64,000 bases of DNA from Octopus vulgaris (lineage: Eukaryota), in the NCBI GenBank assembly GCA_951406725.2, contig OX597820.1, forward strand, positions 43,524,001 through 43,588,000. The letters run 5' to 3'. The translations under genes and the position numbers were made by a program. The notes below the pieces were generated by a model. The model did not search any database, was not told the origin of the DNA, and was given only the letters and a program-made list of their open reading frames with translations. Numbering within the stretch: the stretch's first letter is position 1; every line of letters begins with the position of its first letter. Below, one piece after another: positions 1 through 13,944 of this stretch.

Positions 1-173
1 CTACTTCTTTTTCTTCTTCTCTGTCAAGAATTCACAACGACCTCGAACGCACAAGAGTAACCAAGAGAGACAAAGACAGGCAGAAACCAAGAAAATTCCC
101 CTTGTAAACTATGCAAATATTCTTTTAAAATACTTATCATTTAATTTTTCCATAATTTAATTGTTTTCCATAC

Positions 174-217
174 TTACCGTTGATAAAGTCTCAATGACTG
201 AAACCGGTACTGAAATG
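174..217 (+). ncRNA. Minimal hammerhead-like motif (U3-A8 core) at the end of a probable PLE terminal fragment
   Basis: TTGATAA AGTC-tcaat-GACT GAA ACCGGT A. Stem I is only partly paired (ttaccg/ctgaaa). A more decayed homologue lies at 32203-32240. Confidence 0.6.
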
Positions 218-275
218 CTTTTTATAAAATTTTATAAAATTTTATAAAAAGCATTTCAGTACCGGTTTTAGTCAT
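194..275. repeat. 82-bp near-perfect palindrome
   Basis: atgactgaaaccggtactgaaatgctttttataaaat...attttataaaaagcatttcagtaccggttttagtcat, with one mismatch (200/269). Confidence 0.9.
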
Positions 276-295
276 ACATACACAATATGTATTCA

Positions 296-326
<31 letters not shown>

Positions 327-1682
327 ATATATAAACATACATGTGTGTGTTTGTATGAATATATATATATATGTGTGTGAGTGTGTGTGTGTGTATGTGT
401 GTGTGTGCGTGTGTGTCTGTATGTGTATAAATCCTCAGAAAACACATCAGATTCAAAACTAATGCATCAACTATTTCAAATGCTTCTATATAGCAAAACA
501 TTAAAAACATTAATTTTAATGAAATGATTCATTATTCCATATACGCGCACACATGTACGCTTATACACGCACATACACACGCGCATACATGCATGCATAT
601 ATATATGTGTGTGTATGTGCGTGTGTGTGTGTGTGTGTGTGTGTGCATAATATTTTAGACTATTGAATATACGTCAATTAGTGTCCTATAAAGGACAGTT
701 GCAGGACAAGTTGAAATGTTCGTCGTACAAAATACAGAGTTATACCAATTCCATCTTCTGTTGATTTAATAGTTTATTATATATATGTGTGTGTGTGTAG
801 ATTGTAAAGTTCAACCCCTTTGTATATGCATATATGTATATATTTACGCGTGTGGGGTGTGCATTACGTGATACAAATAATACATGCAAATAAAAATACA
901 CTACGTGTTTGGAACAGCGCAATATATTTTCTTTCAAATAAACCCAATTATGCAATTTTTATTCACATAAAAAAGCTACGTCAACACGAATGAATCTATT
1001 TCGAAATTAATTATCTGAAAAATTCAACATGATCCTTGTTTAAGGGAGAAACATATCTAAATATAATTGCTGGCCTGGACGATCTTATTGTTATAGGCAC
1101 TTATTGTCATAACCAGTCTTCAGCAGTTTTTTGGAGGAGAAAGTACCACATTGAATTGAATTCATTTCATATGGACACATGATATGGGATAAACCAAATG
1201 TAACGAGTAACATGTGGTGTCTGGGTTCTTCGTACTAATTGAAATCTCCTTTGCGTTTAGAAAATGAGAGTTTTGATAGCTTGGGAGACTGAAAATTTTA
1301 ATTTTGACGCAAAACAGAAACGAAGTGCGGTAGTTGTAAACGCATTGTACTTAAAATACAGTAAGCATGAAGCAATCCCTCATGTTTGTTATTAAGGAAT
1401 ATATTTCCCACAAGATTGCTCAATGTATCGTAAGTTGTTCAGGAAAATATTATCCGTACATGTATAATAATTGAAAGTAAAACAGTAAAAAAGAAAACAC
1501 ATCCACGAAATATCTATGTAGAAAATATTTACACGACTGGACAAGTTCATAAAAGGGTACCACATTTAAGAACGAAATATGTGTAGGCAATAAATTTGGT
1601 TACTCTTAACATGAAACAAACTGTCAAACTTGTCTTACTGTTCGTACTGAAAGGGTAAAAAAATCAGCAAAAATTACCAATA

Positions 1683-1823
1683 CAGTAATCTCTCGACTAC
1701 TGCGAGAGTTAGGTTCCAAAACTGCGAAGTAGAGACAGTACTGTAACGTATATTTTTTTAATTTTTATAATTTGCATATATTTATTTTATTATAAATGCA
1801 AAACAAAACCGCGGAGTAGTCGA
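1683..1823. mobile_element. Possible pogo/Tigger-like MITE remnant
   Basis: TA-CAGTAATCTCTCGACTACTGCG left end and imperfect complement CGCGGAGTAGTCGA at 1810-1823. Confidence 0.3.
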
Positions 1824-1832
1824 TGTAAACTC

Positions 1833-2393
1833 AATCCTTTCTACTGTAGGCACAAGTCCTAAAATTTGGCGAAAGGGATTAAGTCGATTACATCGATTCC
1901 ACTGCGTAACTGGTACTTACTTAATCGACCCCGAAAGGATGAAACTCAGAACTTAGCGGCAGACGAAACACCTATTTCTATTTCTTTACTACCCACAAGG
2001 GGCTAAACACAGAGAGGACAAACAAGGGCAGACAAACGGATTAAGTCAATTATATCGACTCCAGTGCGTAACTGGTACTTAATTTATCGACCCCGAAAGT
2101 ATGAAAGGCAAAGTCTACCTCGGCGGAATTTGAACTCAGAACGTAGCGGCATACGAAATACCTCTTTCTTTACTACCCACAAGGGGCTAAACACAGAGGG
2201 GACAGACAAAAACAAACAAACGGATTAAGTCGATTAAATCGACCTGAGTGCGTAACTGGTACTTATTTAATCGACCCCGAAAGGATGAAAGGCAAAGTCG
2301 ACCTCGGCGGAATTTGAACTCAGAGCGCAGCGGCAGACGAAATACCGCTAAGCATTTCACCCGGCGTGCTACCGTTTCTGCCACCCTGCCGAC
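1833..2393 (-). mobile_element. tRNA-derived SINE family A (central domain resembles Meta/MESC), compound copy with three core units
   Basis: Head with A box TGGCAGAAACGG and B box GAGTTCAAATTC. The core gcctttcatcctttcggggtcgat..aagtaccag recurs in tandem. Confidence 0.85.
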
Positions 2394-2399
2394 TTCGAA

Positions 2400-2760
2400 A
2401 ATGTAGATTGTCATATTTCTGTGGAGGATAACAATTATGGGATTAGCAGCAGCCCAAAAATGTCAGCAAGTTACTCTCTCCCGATCTGACACAGCGTTGT
2501 GACAAAAACAACATATAGGTCCATTCAGAAAAATTAGTCTCCCTATTATTAGATATATACACAAACATCAGCGCGCAATGAGTACTGGTGGGACATCCTC
2601 ATCCAAACACCTGTCTAATGTAAACATAACAGGCCAGATATTGTTTGGGGCAGAGAAGAAAACATATGTACCATCATAGAGGTCACTATCTTACTAATAT
2701 GAATGCCTCATTGAAAAACAAAGAGAAAGAGGATAACTATGGGCAAATGCTTCGAAACCA
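2400..2760 (+). mobile_element. Decayed R4/Dong-like LINE fragment (CCHC + restriction-like endonuclease)
   Basis: CRL/HISVED...ISSSPKMSASYSLPI*HSVV, then EYWWDILIQTPV*CKHNRPDI..CTIIEV..KEKEDNYGQMLRN (PD-(D/E)xK-type RLE signature). Confidence 0.7.
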
Positions 2761-3958
2761 CTAATTACTATATCCAGCTTATTAATAAATACTTATAAAA
2801 TTAATGATAGGGTCATTTCTTTTTGTGACTAAATGCCAAAGCTAGCATTTCCAAAAAAAATATCAATCTCCAAGTGAAACAGTAAAAATAAACAACACTT
2901 ACCTAATGTTTAAAACGTGACATTGTTTTTGTTATCTAACTTTCAACAATGGTGCTTTGTAAGTTTATTAGAAATCAGCTCCTTCCTCAGAGGAAGAATT
3001 CATTTAATTAAAACAGATGAAAACATACATACATATATACACAGTATTTAGCAAACTTACCAGTTGAATATAAAGCAGTAGTGTCTGACTTATGCCAACA
3101 ATTTTAAGTGGAAATGTTAGTTAATTTCATTGACCTAGGCCCTATACCGGTAGGTTATTTCAGTAGCCACTTGGGTAGGGATGAAAGTTGTCCACAGTGG
3201 CATGTAAATTCGTGTATAGAGTCAGAACAAAAACGGTTAGTTATTGTTTGTGTTTTTTTTTTTTTTCGACGCTCAAACTATTGTTCGAACTCAGTGTCAC
3301 GAGTTTGTATCTAAGAACTGTATTTCTCATATGGGAACTCCGCGAATCATCAGACATTCAAAACAAAGGACAAAAATCTGTCGAAATAATATACGACCAG
3401 AATTAAACCTCTGAAAAAAAAAAAGGCTTCATGTTGCAGGTTTATATAGAAAATATCTCATTTACTTGTTTAAACAAATTCATTATCACAAGCTTTTAAG
3501 ATATACGCTTTTCAATGACTTTCGGAAATATATTATCGTACCAAATTTAATTACCACTATATGCACAAGTGACTTAGGTGAAACCAACAATATCCAGTAA
3601 TAAAATCCAGTAAGATATTTCTAAAGAATTGTTTGTATTGAAAGAGCAGGTGTTTGGACTATAGAAAATTTGTATATATATATATATATTGACATTAACA
3701 TGCATCATTGTGGCACATAAAACAATGCCACAACTTTGTAGCTCAGAAATATATTTCTCACATGGAAACTCAATGAATCATTATATATGTATTTATATGT
3801 GTGAGTGTGTGTGTCTGTGACTATGTGGCTATTCTTAGTATTAGTGACATAGTCTCACACTCACACACATGCACACATACACACACAGTCACACATATAG
3901 CTAGATATATACATAAATTCCCGTAAACACATAAATATGTACATACACGCACACGCAT

Positions 3959-4043
<85 letters not shown>

Positions 4044-4844
4044 AAACTTACTTGGAAATGGATAGGTGGCGTTCAATCATGTAATACTATAAAAAATAAT
4101 ATATATGCATATATACATAAGTATATGTACACACTTGCATATATACATAAGTATATGTACACACTTACATATATACGTATATACATATGCATATGTGGGC
4201 ACAAGACTACACAGAATGTAAACAATAAAAAATACGAAAATATGGAATAGGAAATACGAATACATGGAATATGAACTTTTTTTGCAACAACGAAGGAAAC
4301 AAATGGAAAAGAAGACACGCAACTAAAGAAAGCCCCTTCATCAGTTGTCGGCTGTTTTTCTTATCCATATTTCTAGCATTTCAGAGGGAACTGTTCAAAA
4401 GTCAGCTCCACGAATACTCTCAATATGTATATCATCATTACATTTATGCCAGAAAAATCATATTCATTGAACAATTCTGGGAGTGTCGAATGGATACTAA
4501 ACGACTGAGAAATGTATTCTACTTCGACAAAAAATAAGCATAGAGTGTTTATATACTTAAGGATTTTACATTATAGATTCACTCAATGTGTCTTCAAACG
4601 CATTTGATCCTCATCTGGAATATTTAAAAAGAGATGACCATGACGTTATGAAACGATTCATAGCGCAACGCATTAAGATAACAAAATATGAATGTTGATA
4701 TTACGTGAAAGATACTCGTGTGAAGCTAACTCCATATAAATATCGGAAAAGAGAAATTACATTAATTAAGGATCTTTAATATTCCAAAGTATTTATACCA
4801 AAACAATAAATCTGTATCTGTTTATGCTGTGCTACTATTTAATC

Positions 4845-5250
4845 TACTCTTTTACTTGTTTCAGTCATTTGACTGCGGCGATGCTGGAGCACCGCCTTTA
4901 GTCGAGCAAATCGACCCCAGGACTTATTCTGTGTAAGCCTAATACTTATTCTATCGGTCTGTATTGCCGAACCGATAAGTTACGGAGACGTAAACACACC
5001 AACATCTGTTGTCAAGCGATGTTGGAGAGACAAACACGGACACACAAACATATACACACAGACACACACATGCATATATATATATATATATATATATATA
5101 CGACGGGCTTCTTTCAGTTTCTATCTACAAAATCCACTCACAAATCTTTGGTCGGACCGAGGATATAGAAGAAGACACTTGCCCAAGATACCACGCAGTG
5201 AGACTGAACCTTGTGGTTGGTAAGCAAGCTACTTATCACACACAGCCCTA
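4845..5250 (-). mobile_element. SINE family B (tRNA head, CORE-like ccttgggcaagt, internal TA/TG microsatellite, gtaaaaga tail)
   Basis: Collinear with 6145-6583 and 36418-36862. Confidence 0.85.
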
Positions 5251-5378
5251 TATATAGTGCTTCATTTCTAGAAAATTTCACCACATTGGACCAAACTTCG
5301 AGCTATGAGACACTATTAATTTTTACTTGACTCTGTTTATGTTACGCCTTACCTTCAGTCAATATTTCTATGGTTAAA

Positions 5379-5592
5379 GGCAGCGAGCTGGCAGAAACGT
5401 CAGCACGTCGGCCGAAATATTTCGCAGTATTCGTCTGTCTTTATGTTCTGAGTTCAAATTCCGCCGAGGTCGACTTTGCTTTTCATCCTTTCGGGGTAGA
5501 TAAATTAAGAAACAGCTGCATACTGGGGTCGATCTAATCGACTGGCCCCCTCCCCCAGCATTTTGGGCCTTGTGCCTAGAGTAGAAAAGATG
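5379..5592 (+). mobile_element. SINE family A
   Basis: Same head and core; a more decayed copy follows at ~5856-6072. Confidence 0.85.
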
Positions 5593-6144
5593 ATTTATAT
5601 GTTGTATCTGCATCTCCAGACTAGTTATGACAAACGTGACACGCTCTTCATTATCCCTACCTTGTTATAAAACCAAACCCTAGATTCCGAATGATCCACT
5701 AAAATATTTCTCATATAATTAACTTTTAACTATCAAATTATAAACTTCAGCATATTGCATGGCTTTTATAATTACCCTGTTTATATCTTTTCATTATACT
5801 GTTATATTGCGTTCATTTTACATGAATGACTAATATATTTTTATAGACTGACTGAAGGCAGTGAACTGGCAGAATCGTTAACACGCTGGGCAAAATGCTT
5901 AGCGGCATTTCGTCCGTCTGAAATCACATTACGCGGAGATGAACTTTGTCTGTCATCTTTTTCGGGGTCGATAAAATAAGTACCAGTTGAACACTGGAGA
6001 TCGTGGTCGAAGTAATCGACTTGCACCTCCCTCGGTATTGCTGGTCTTCAACTAAAATTTGAAACTGATATTCATTATAGAAAGATAAAATATTTTCATA
6101 TGTAAAATTCAGTATCTAATAAAGAACTCAAAATCTGATATACA

Positions 6145-6370
6145 CTTTCTTTTACTCTTTTACTTGTTTCAGTCATGTGACTGTGGAGCACCGCCTTTAG
6201 TCGAGCAAATCGACCCCAGGACTTATTCATTGTAAGCCTAGTACTTATTCTATCGGTGTTTTTTGCCAAACCGCTAAGTTACAGGGACGTAAACACACCA
6301 GCATCGGTTGTCAAGCGATGCTGGGGAGACAAACACAGACACACAAGCACACAAACACACACACACACAG

Positions 6371-6420
<50 letters not shown>

Positions 6421-6583
6421 GACGGGCATCTTTCAGTTTCTGTCTACCATATCCACTCACAAGGCTTTGGTCGGACCGAGGCTATAGTAGAAGACACTTG
6501 CCCAAGGCGTAACGCATTGCGAGTGAACCCGGAGCCATGTGGTTGGTAAGCAAGCTACTTACCACACACCCACTCCTAAGCCT
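6145..6583 (-). mobile_element. SINE family B
   Basis: Full-length reverse-complement match to 36418-36862. Confidence 0.85.
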
Positions 6584-6704
6584 ATGATAATTAGCATTTC
6601 AAACAGAACTCAATTTACTCACTAAACATATGCGGTCTGTGTATATATTTAGGCATTTCTGCACACATACACATATTTGTACGTATTATTAATACATGTA
6701 CGAA

Positions 6705-6900
6705 GGCGGCGAGCTAGTAGAATCGTTAGCACGCCGCGCGAAATGTGTAGCGATATTTCATGTCTTTAAACCTTCTGAGTTCAAATTCCGCTGAGGTCGA
6801 CTTTGCCCTTCGATAAATTAAGAACCAGTGATACACTGGGGTCGATGTAATCAACTATTCCCCTCCCACCATATTTGAAGCCTTGTGTCTCCGCTAGAAA
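6705..6900 (+). mobile_element. SINE family A with target-site duplication
   Basis: Flanked by gtattattaatacatgtaYgaa at 6683-6704 and 6901-6922. Confidence 0.88.
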
Positions 6901-8558
6901 GTATTATTAATACATGTATGAACACGCTTTTTGGCAAATATGTGTACATGCATATACTTTATCAACATTTTCCTCATCATTATACATGTATGTGTGTGTG
7001 TGCGTGTGTGTGTGTGTGTTCGTGTTTCTGTGTAATAATAAGAGAAGGGTATTTATTTCATAATACTAGGAGGAGTTCTTATTATAAAAATGTGATTAAC
7101 TAAAGAAAGGACAGAAAAAGAAGCAGAGAAAATGTATGAAAGCAAAACAAAGGAACGTTTACACGTCACACTCGATACCCATATCAATGTTAATAACAAG
7201 CAATGTTTAAATATTTTAATTTTATTTTTAAAATAATATTTAAAAATCTTATTACCAGCGTAATAGCATTTCTTATCTTTTCAGTCTCGTATTTAAATAT
7301 AATATAATTTTCAATTTAATATTTTGATAATACCATCATAATAACATTACTTATCTTTATGTTTTATATTATTAGCAAGCATATAGATATATTGACTTAA
7401 CGTTTTGTCTTTTATTTTTCATCGAAAAACGACAAACCCAGCAAATGCATGTTATGAAGGGGTGTGAAAACAACCTATTGACACGAAAATCATGGACGAT
7501 CACTTCACAAGATTTTCGGTATCGGCTTTTTCTTTATTTTTCTTATATTCCCTATATTATCTTTCTGCCTTTCATACCTTTTTTTTTATTTTTTAATATT
7601 TACTTACTACCTTCGGTATTTTCTCTTATCTTTCTTATTATAACCACTTACACCTTTCTAATAAGAATCCCTGTCAATTTTATAAAATAACTACTTCTTA
7701 TTTGTATTATTAACACAGAAAATATTATATTGCAATAATAACAAATTTTTACGGTGTTTGATAACTTCCTACATTTAGATTAAACCAGGTTTACACTCAC
7801 AATTTAGGCATTTACTAAGTAGATATGCCCACAGACACACACGCACGCACACACGCACACAAACGCACAGACGCACACATATATAGTTGAAAAGGGGTTA
7901 AGAATCGGTACAAATCGAAAGTTATAGGGAGAAAATAAACATGGAAATAGCACGGATGTATGCTTAAAAATTCCTTTTTTTTTTGTTACTATTTTCCCCT
8001 TTTAATAGGATTGGATAGTTATTTTTATATTTGTTACATTAAGTGTCTTTTATGAAATATCATCCTTTTCGATGTATGTGTACACCTTATGAAATGTTAG
8101 AAATTTGAAGTCAAAGTGCAGGCAGGCCTGTGTGGTATGAAGGTTGCGTCCCAGCCTTATGGTCTGGGTTCAGTCCCACTGCGTGTTACCTTTGGCAAAT
8201 GTCGTCTCCTCTAATCTCGGGATCACCAAAATCTTGAGAGTTGATTTGCCAGCCAGATCGAAAGCAGTCAGTCATGTTTGCGTTCATGTATATGTATGAG
8301 TGTGTGTATCTGTGTGTGTGCGTGTATGTTTGCGTGCATGTGTGTGTACATGCGTGTGTGTGTGAGTGTGTGTGCATGTGTGCTTGTGTAAGTGTGTATA
8401 AGGTTTTGCGTTCGTGTTTGTCCCCCAACCACCGTTTGCCAACAGCCATTAGTGTGTTTACGTAACTGTAACTTAGTAGTTTGGCAAAATAACCGAGTGA
8501 TAAAACTCGGCTTAAAAGGCTTTAAAAAGCAATTAAGAAAAAAATTAGAAATTGAAAC

Positions 8559-8676
8559 AGGGTGTTCCCATTTTCTGTGCATAGTTAAGAACATGTTTGT
8601 GGCGACTGAAGCAGTATTTGTAATGAATAGCAACCTTTATTTCCAAATTAATAGGGATATACTTTGGGAACACCCT
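8559..8676. mobile_element. Possible tiny Tc1/mariner-derived MITE
   Basis: 12-bp perfect inverted termini AGGGTGTTCCCA / TGGGAACACCCT; no TA TSD preserved. Confidence 0.4.
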
Positions 8677-8939
8677 ACCTGAACAGTTGTTGCCGAACAC
8701 AAATCGAGATTTATCAGCAAAATAAAACGGTGACTTATTTTTGAAAGACCTACAACTTCTTTTGGCATCAGTTAGCATCATTGATGAATTCTGAAGTGAT
8801 TACATAAACGTGCATGCAATACTGTACATAAACACACGTATGCACACACTAACACACACACATACACACACACACAAAGTTATGTATACGTTTGTATATA
8901 TGTAATAGACACCCATGTACATGTATAAATATAGATAGG

Positions 8940-9022
<83 letters not shown>

Positions 9023-9548
9023 GTACACATTAATCTACACAGGAGACGTACACACATACTAACGTACAGACAGACATATATTCATACATACACACATATA
9101 TAAAACTCATACACACACATTCAAACACAAGCACATACACATGCGCGTACACACACACATGCATATATACACGCTATTTTAGTGAGGAACATTGGATCTC
9201 GAAGTTGATGATAAAGCTTTAAATAGTAACGTGTAAATAGGGGATTAAAAGACCTTGTGAATGAAAAATGTTGGTTTACTCCTCAGCTTCGAAGTTTATG
9301 AATGTTTAGGATGTCATCAACATATACATGCATGTGTGTGTATGTGTGTGTATAGTGCATGCAAACACACGAAATTATATTTGTTATTTACTTACAGTTA
9401 GTTGAAGTTTACGCCGTCTCATCTTTCAGCAGTTATCAGTTAACGATGGAATGAAGCTTTGAAGGCCATATTTGAATCGATAAACACATTTTCATACGTA
9501 CATCGAACTTTTCTCTGTGTAGACTATATGCAAAAGTACAAACACACA

Positions 9549-9597
<49 letters not shown>

Positions 9598-10426
9598 ATG
9601 TACACTCATGTGTACATTTTACTGGGTTACAGAAACAAGACATTGAGTAACACTCAGTATCCGGAGAAAGAGTTTTGTACAGACATTTGATGGTGCGGTA
9701 AGATAAGAATCTTTCAACAGTTGCATATATCATAAGCATCAGAAGCCATTATATGATTGTCTAGCTTTTTTATCCGATGCTAACAAAAGAAAATGTATTT
9801 GAATTACATGCATCGGTTCACAGGTGGCGCTCTGCGATTACTTTTGCTGTTTTAACAACTTTGGCCTCAAGCGAGGAACTTTTTGCACGCCAAAATCGAA
9901 ATTGAGATGCACTTTTTAAAGATCAAATATGTTCTCGACTTTTTTGAACTGATTTAAAACTGTATTTATGAGTGTATGAGAGAGAGAATGAGTGTGTGTG
10001 TGTGTGTGTGTGTGTCTGTGTGTTTGTGTGTGTGTGAGTGTGTGTGTGTGAGTGTGTGTATGTGTGTGAGTGTGTGTGTGTGTGTGTTTGTACATGCATA
10101 CCTGTACAAATGTAGGTGACAATGAAGCAGATAACCTTCGTTTGCTTATACATGTGCTGAGGTTTCATTGAGCCAATGATTTTCAATTTCAAGGTTCTGT
10201 TGTTTTCTGTTCTATCAAGTCTTATTTTGTCGTCACTTATCTTTTGCTTGTTTTTTCCACCGTCTGTAGATCTTTGCCGTTCACACCATCAAAATAAGCA
10301 ATCTTATCGTTAAAGACGTGAAAATGTCGTGCATTTTGGACGATAACCGATAAGGGAAGACAATGTCCGTGACGAGTGTACAGTTTTTTTGTGAGTTCCT
10401 TTCCGTCCTTTGTACAATTATTCATT

Positions 10427-10497
<71 letters not shown>

Positions 10498-10502
<5 letters not shown>

Positions 10503-10816
10503 TAGATAAACTTAGATGTGTTTCGACCAATGATTGGTCCAGGCCATGTCTAACATAATAGCACCACCTGATAGGATTATTTGAATCCTGTTTAAGTCAA
10601 GTTTTGCTTATGGTCCATTCAAGTAGTGAGTTTTTGTTGGGTGAGTTGTATCCAATTATGGGTGGCTTATCTGGTATTCTTTGAAGGAATCTATCCAGAC
10701 TCCGTTTAAAGTTGATGGGATCCTGTTCCTCTTTGATCTCTTTCGGGACAAAGTTAAATAGGGCAGGGCCTGTTGAGGAAAAGAAATTATGTTGTAGTGT
10801 ATAAGTATGCTGTGAT
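10498..10816 (-). mobile_element. 3' end of a CR1/L2-group LINE in (TA)n
   Basis: [41 protein letters not shown]. The 3' UTR has hairpin GACCAA-tca-TTGGTC and a (TCTAAGTTTA)2 tail. Confidence 0.85.
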
Positions 10817-10833
10817 ATATACATATATATACG

Positions 10834-10929
<96 letters not shown>

Positions 10930-10932
10930 AAT

Positions 10933-11007
<75 letters not shown>

Positions 11008-11261
11008 ATAATAATAATAATAATATTAGGGAATAAATCCAAACTTACAGGGAAAAATTAGATTTAGGATTTTATAGTATAAATATATTATATTATATTA
11101 CATTAAATTAGAGATAAAACCACTATTAGGCAAATCAAACAGTGGAAAACATAAGCCAATACATAAAATTAATTTAAAAATATAAAAGTTTAAATTTTAA
11201 AAATTATCTCAATAATATAAACTTATAAATTTTAAACATATATATATACAAATATATATAT

Positions 11262-11361
11262 ATATGTATGTATATTTTTATATTTATATATTATTTTATT
11301 TATTAATTTATTTATTTATTAATTTGTTTTTTGATATGCCTAATAGTGATTTTATCTCTAA

Positions 11362-11429
<68 letters not shown>

Positions 11430-11690
11430 GGAGGCAATGGCCCGGTGGTTAGGGCACCGGACTTGTGGTCGATTCCCAGACCGAGCGTTGTGAGTGTATA
11501 TTGAGCAAAAACACCTAAAGCTCCAGTGGGGTGTGGGTGGCGATCCCTGCTGTACTCTTTCGCCACAACTTTCTCTCACTCTTTCTTCTGTTAGCCTGCT
11601 CGCTTAGCCAGCGGGGTGGCGTCATTTGAAGGTATTGTGACCAGCGATGTTTAGCAACATCTGATAGTCTGGTCGGTCACGGTGATCACG

Positions 11691-11733
<43 letters not shown>

Positions 11734-11789
11734 TTAGAGACAAAACCACTATTATGCAAATCAAACAAAGATCTTCTGATAAGTGACTC

Positions 11790-11874
<85 letters not shown>

Positions 11875-11987
11875 ATATATATATATGTATGTATATTTTT
11901 ATATTTATATATTATTTTATTTATTAATTTTGTTTTTGATTTGCCTAATAGTGGTTTTATCTCTAATTTAATATAATATAATATATA

Positions 11988-12036
<49 letters not shown>

Positions 12037-12311
12037 GGAGGCAATGGCCCGGTGGTTAGGGCGGCGGACTTGTGGTCGATTCCCAGACCGGGCGTTGCGA
12101 GTGTTTATTGAGCAAAAACACCTAAAGCTCCAGGGTGTTGGGGGTGGCGTCATTTGAAGGTATTGTGACCACAGCGATGTTTAGCAACATCTGATAGTCT
12201 GGTCGCTCACGGTGATCACGGTGATATATATATATATATATATATATAATATAAATTAGAGACAAAACCACTATTATGCAAATCAAACAAAGATTTTCTG
12301 ATAAGTGACTC

Positions 12312-12315
<4 letters not shown>
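11262..12315. repeat. Tandem composite units: AT-rich terminal fragment + (TA)n + SINE + (TA)n + related fragment in opposite orientation
   Basis: Units at ~11262-11785 and ~11884-12315, and a third partial unit at ~15063-15318. The motif attagagaYaaaaccactattaKgcaaatcaaa recurs in both orientations from 11102 to 15150. Confidence 0.85.
11427..11696 (+). mobile_element. SINE family C (ggaggcaatggcccggtggttaggg head, gtcacg(g)tgatcacg(g)tgat tail), adjacent to (TA)n
   Basis: Other copies at 12037-12225, 15198-15318, ~33856-34070 and 49722-50003 (-). Confidence 0.85.
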
Positions 12316-12342
<27 letters not shown>

Positions 12343-12524
12343 GATAGATAAGAAAGTTTGTTTGGTAAAGCACGTGGGTGAATATATAAGAAAATAGTAA
12401 AGTGTGAAAAAACGACAGAAGGCTTAAATGTTAAAAAATATATATATTTGTGTCAAAATGTCTGGAGAATATTGGAAAAATTTTTTTTCCCTTTCCTTAA
12501 AATGACATAATTTTAAAATTTTTA

Positions 12525-12564
12525 AAGAAATTACCGGTTTCGCGTGTAGCTTTTCAAATTTCTT
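12525..12564 (-). ncRNA. Minimal type I hammerhead ribozyme, identical copy in the left PLE arm
   Basis: Exact reverse complement of 14802-14841. Confidence 0.85.
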
Positions 12565-12701
12565 GTGACGTTATGTTTATATTGCATGGAATTATCGTTG
12601 TTTTTATTTCCAGGAGATTTCTAAATAAGGGGAGGTAGTGAGTGATTTTTTTCGGTGTAGGGGAGATAATCGCTTAAAAATTTTTTTTTCCCATTTCCTT
12701 G

Positions 12702-13944
12702 TTAATTTCTCTGTGTCAGTATGTTCGGATGGTTGAGTCTGGGTTTGTACTTTTCAATGAAGAATGTTTCCTTGTTCAGTCTCATTTGTGTTGATGATCC
12801 GAAAGCACATTGGTAAAATGGGAAGATTAAAAATTGTGGCAGTAGTTGCTTTGCGCATTTCTCAATGTGCTCACTAAAAGGTATCATTCTATATTCTGGG
12901 AATGCAATCTGTTGTCGATGCAGTGTGCATCTGCGCCTGAGTGATAGTCCCGTGGAACCCACGTAGTCTTGGTGGCAGCCCGAGCATTTAATAACATAAA
13001 TTATGTTTTCAGAGGCACAAGTAAAGTTAGATTTGATCTTAAATTTCTGTCCCTCTTTAAAGAAGAATTCTGATCCTTCCAATAGGTTAGGACATGTTGC
13101 ACAGTTCGATCTACCACATTTTTTTACTTTTGCATCCGTAATTTTAGAAGACAATTTTGCCTTTGTGAGAATCTTTTTAAGTGATTTAGGCTGTTTGTAG
13201 CTTTTAATGATTTGGTGTATGTTTAGAATTTCCTTTAATTTTGGGTTTTTATGAAGTATTGGTAAATTCTGGGTGATGATGGTGAAGGCTTCTTTGTTTC
13301 TGGGGTTGTATGTAGATATGTAAGGTAGTATTTTCGGGGAAGGTGTGTTGTTGTGTTGAACTTTTCTTAAAGTTTCTATGTTGATTTCTGTTGCACGTCT
13401 GATCCCATCCTCTATGAGTTGAGCTGGGTAATGTCTGTCAATTAGGGTGTTTTTGAGTTCTTGCAGTCTAAAGTTCCTGGTATTTTGTTCTGACACTATT
13501 GTGCATATCCTTCTTGCAAGGTTGAAGGGGATGTTTGTTTTAGTGTGTCTTGGGTGGCATGAATTAAAAAGAAGGTATTGTTTGGCGTCTGTGGCTTTGT
13601 AAAAAATGTCTGTTTCTATTTTAAGGTTAATTTTTTTAATTAGTATATCCAAGAACGGGAGCTCCTTTTGGTTGTATTCCATTGTGAACTGTATATTTGG
13701 GTTTATGCTGTTCAATAGGTTTTTAAATTTTAGGAGTTTATCTATGTTTTCATTCCAGAGAATGAAACAATCGTCTAGGAATCGTTTCCAATTCTCTTTT
13801 ATGTATTGAGAGAGGGAGTTTCCAAAGATTGATAGAGATTCCTGGTAAATGATTATTTCCATGTATCCCATTGTTAAGTTCGCAATGACTGGTGCTGCCC
13901 TTGTACCCATAGCAATTCCGGATTTTTGACGGTAAAATGTATTG
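12702..13944 (-). CDS. Penelope-like retroelement ORF, 5'-truncated: RT C-terminal half, thumb, Cys-rich linker and GIY-YIG endonuclease (Neptune-like)
   Basis: The frame stays open past the annotated Met (NTFYRQKSGIAMGTRAAP, RT motif 4). It then shows WKRFLDDCF (catalytic DD), LPFLDI, the PLE thumb FYKATDAKQYLLFNSCHP, linker CGRSNCATC, and NIIYVIKC..DYVGST..LRRRCTLH (GIY-YIG). No stops or frameshifts. Confidence 0.95.

Noticed and set aside
4290-4400. Minus-strand CTGATGA preceded by ccctctGAAAtgcTA, a possible permuted hammerhead
   Set aside because: Stems I and III cannot be paired convincingly.
9815-9833. cacAGGTGGCGCt, a CTCF-like motif
   Set aside because: Only the 3' half matches, and a single short match is not supportable.
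10520-10545. GACCAA-tca-TTGGTC-GAAAC in the CR1-like 3' UTR looks like HHR stem II + GAAA
   Set aside because: No CUGANGA-like box upstream; better explained as the LINE 3' recognition stem-loop.
11102-12315. Recurring ~35-bp motif separated by variable sequence, superficially CRISPR-like
   Set aside because: Eukaryotic context, alternating orientation, spacers made of microsatellite and SINE, and no cas genes.
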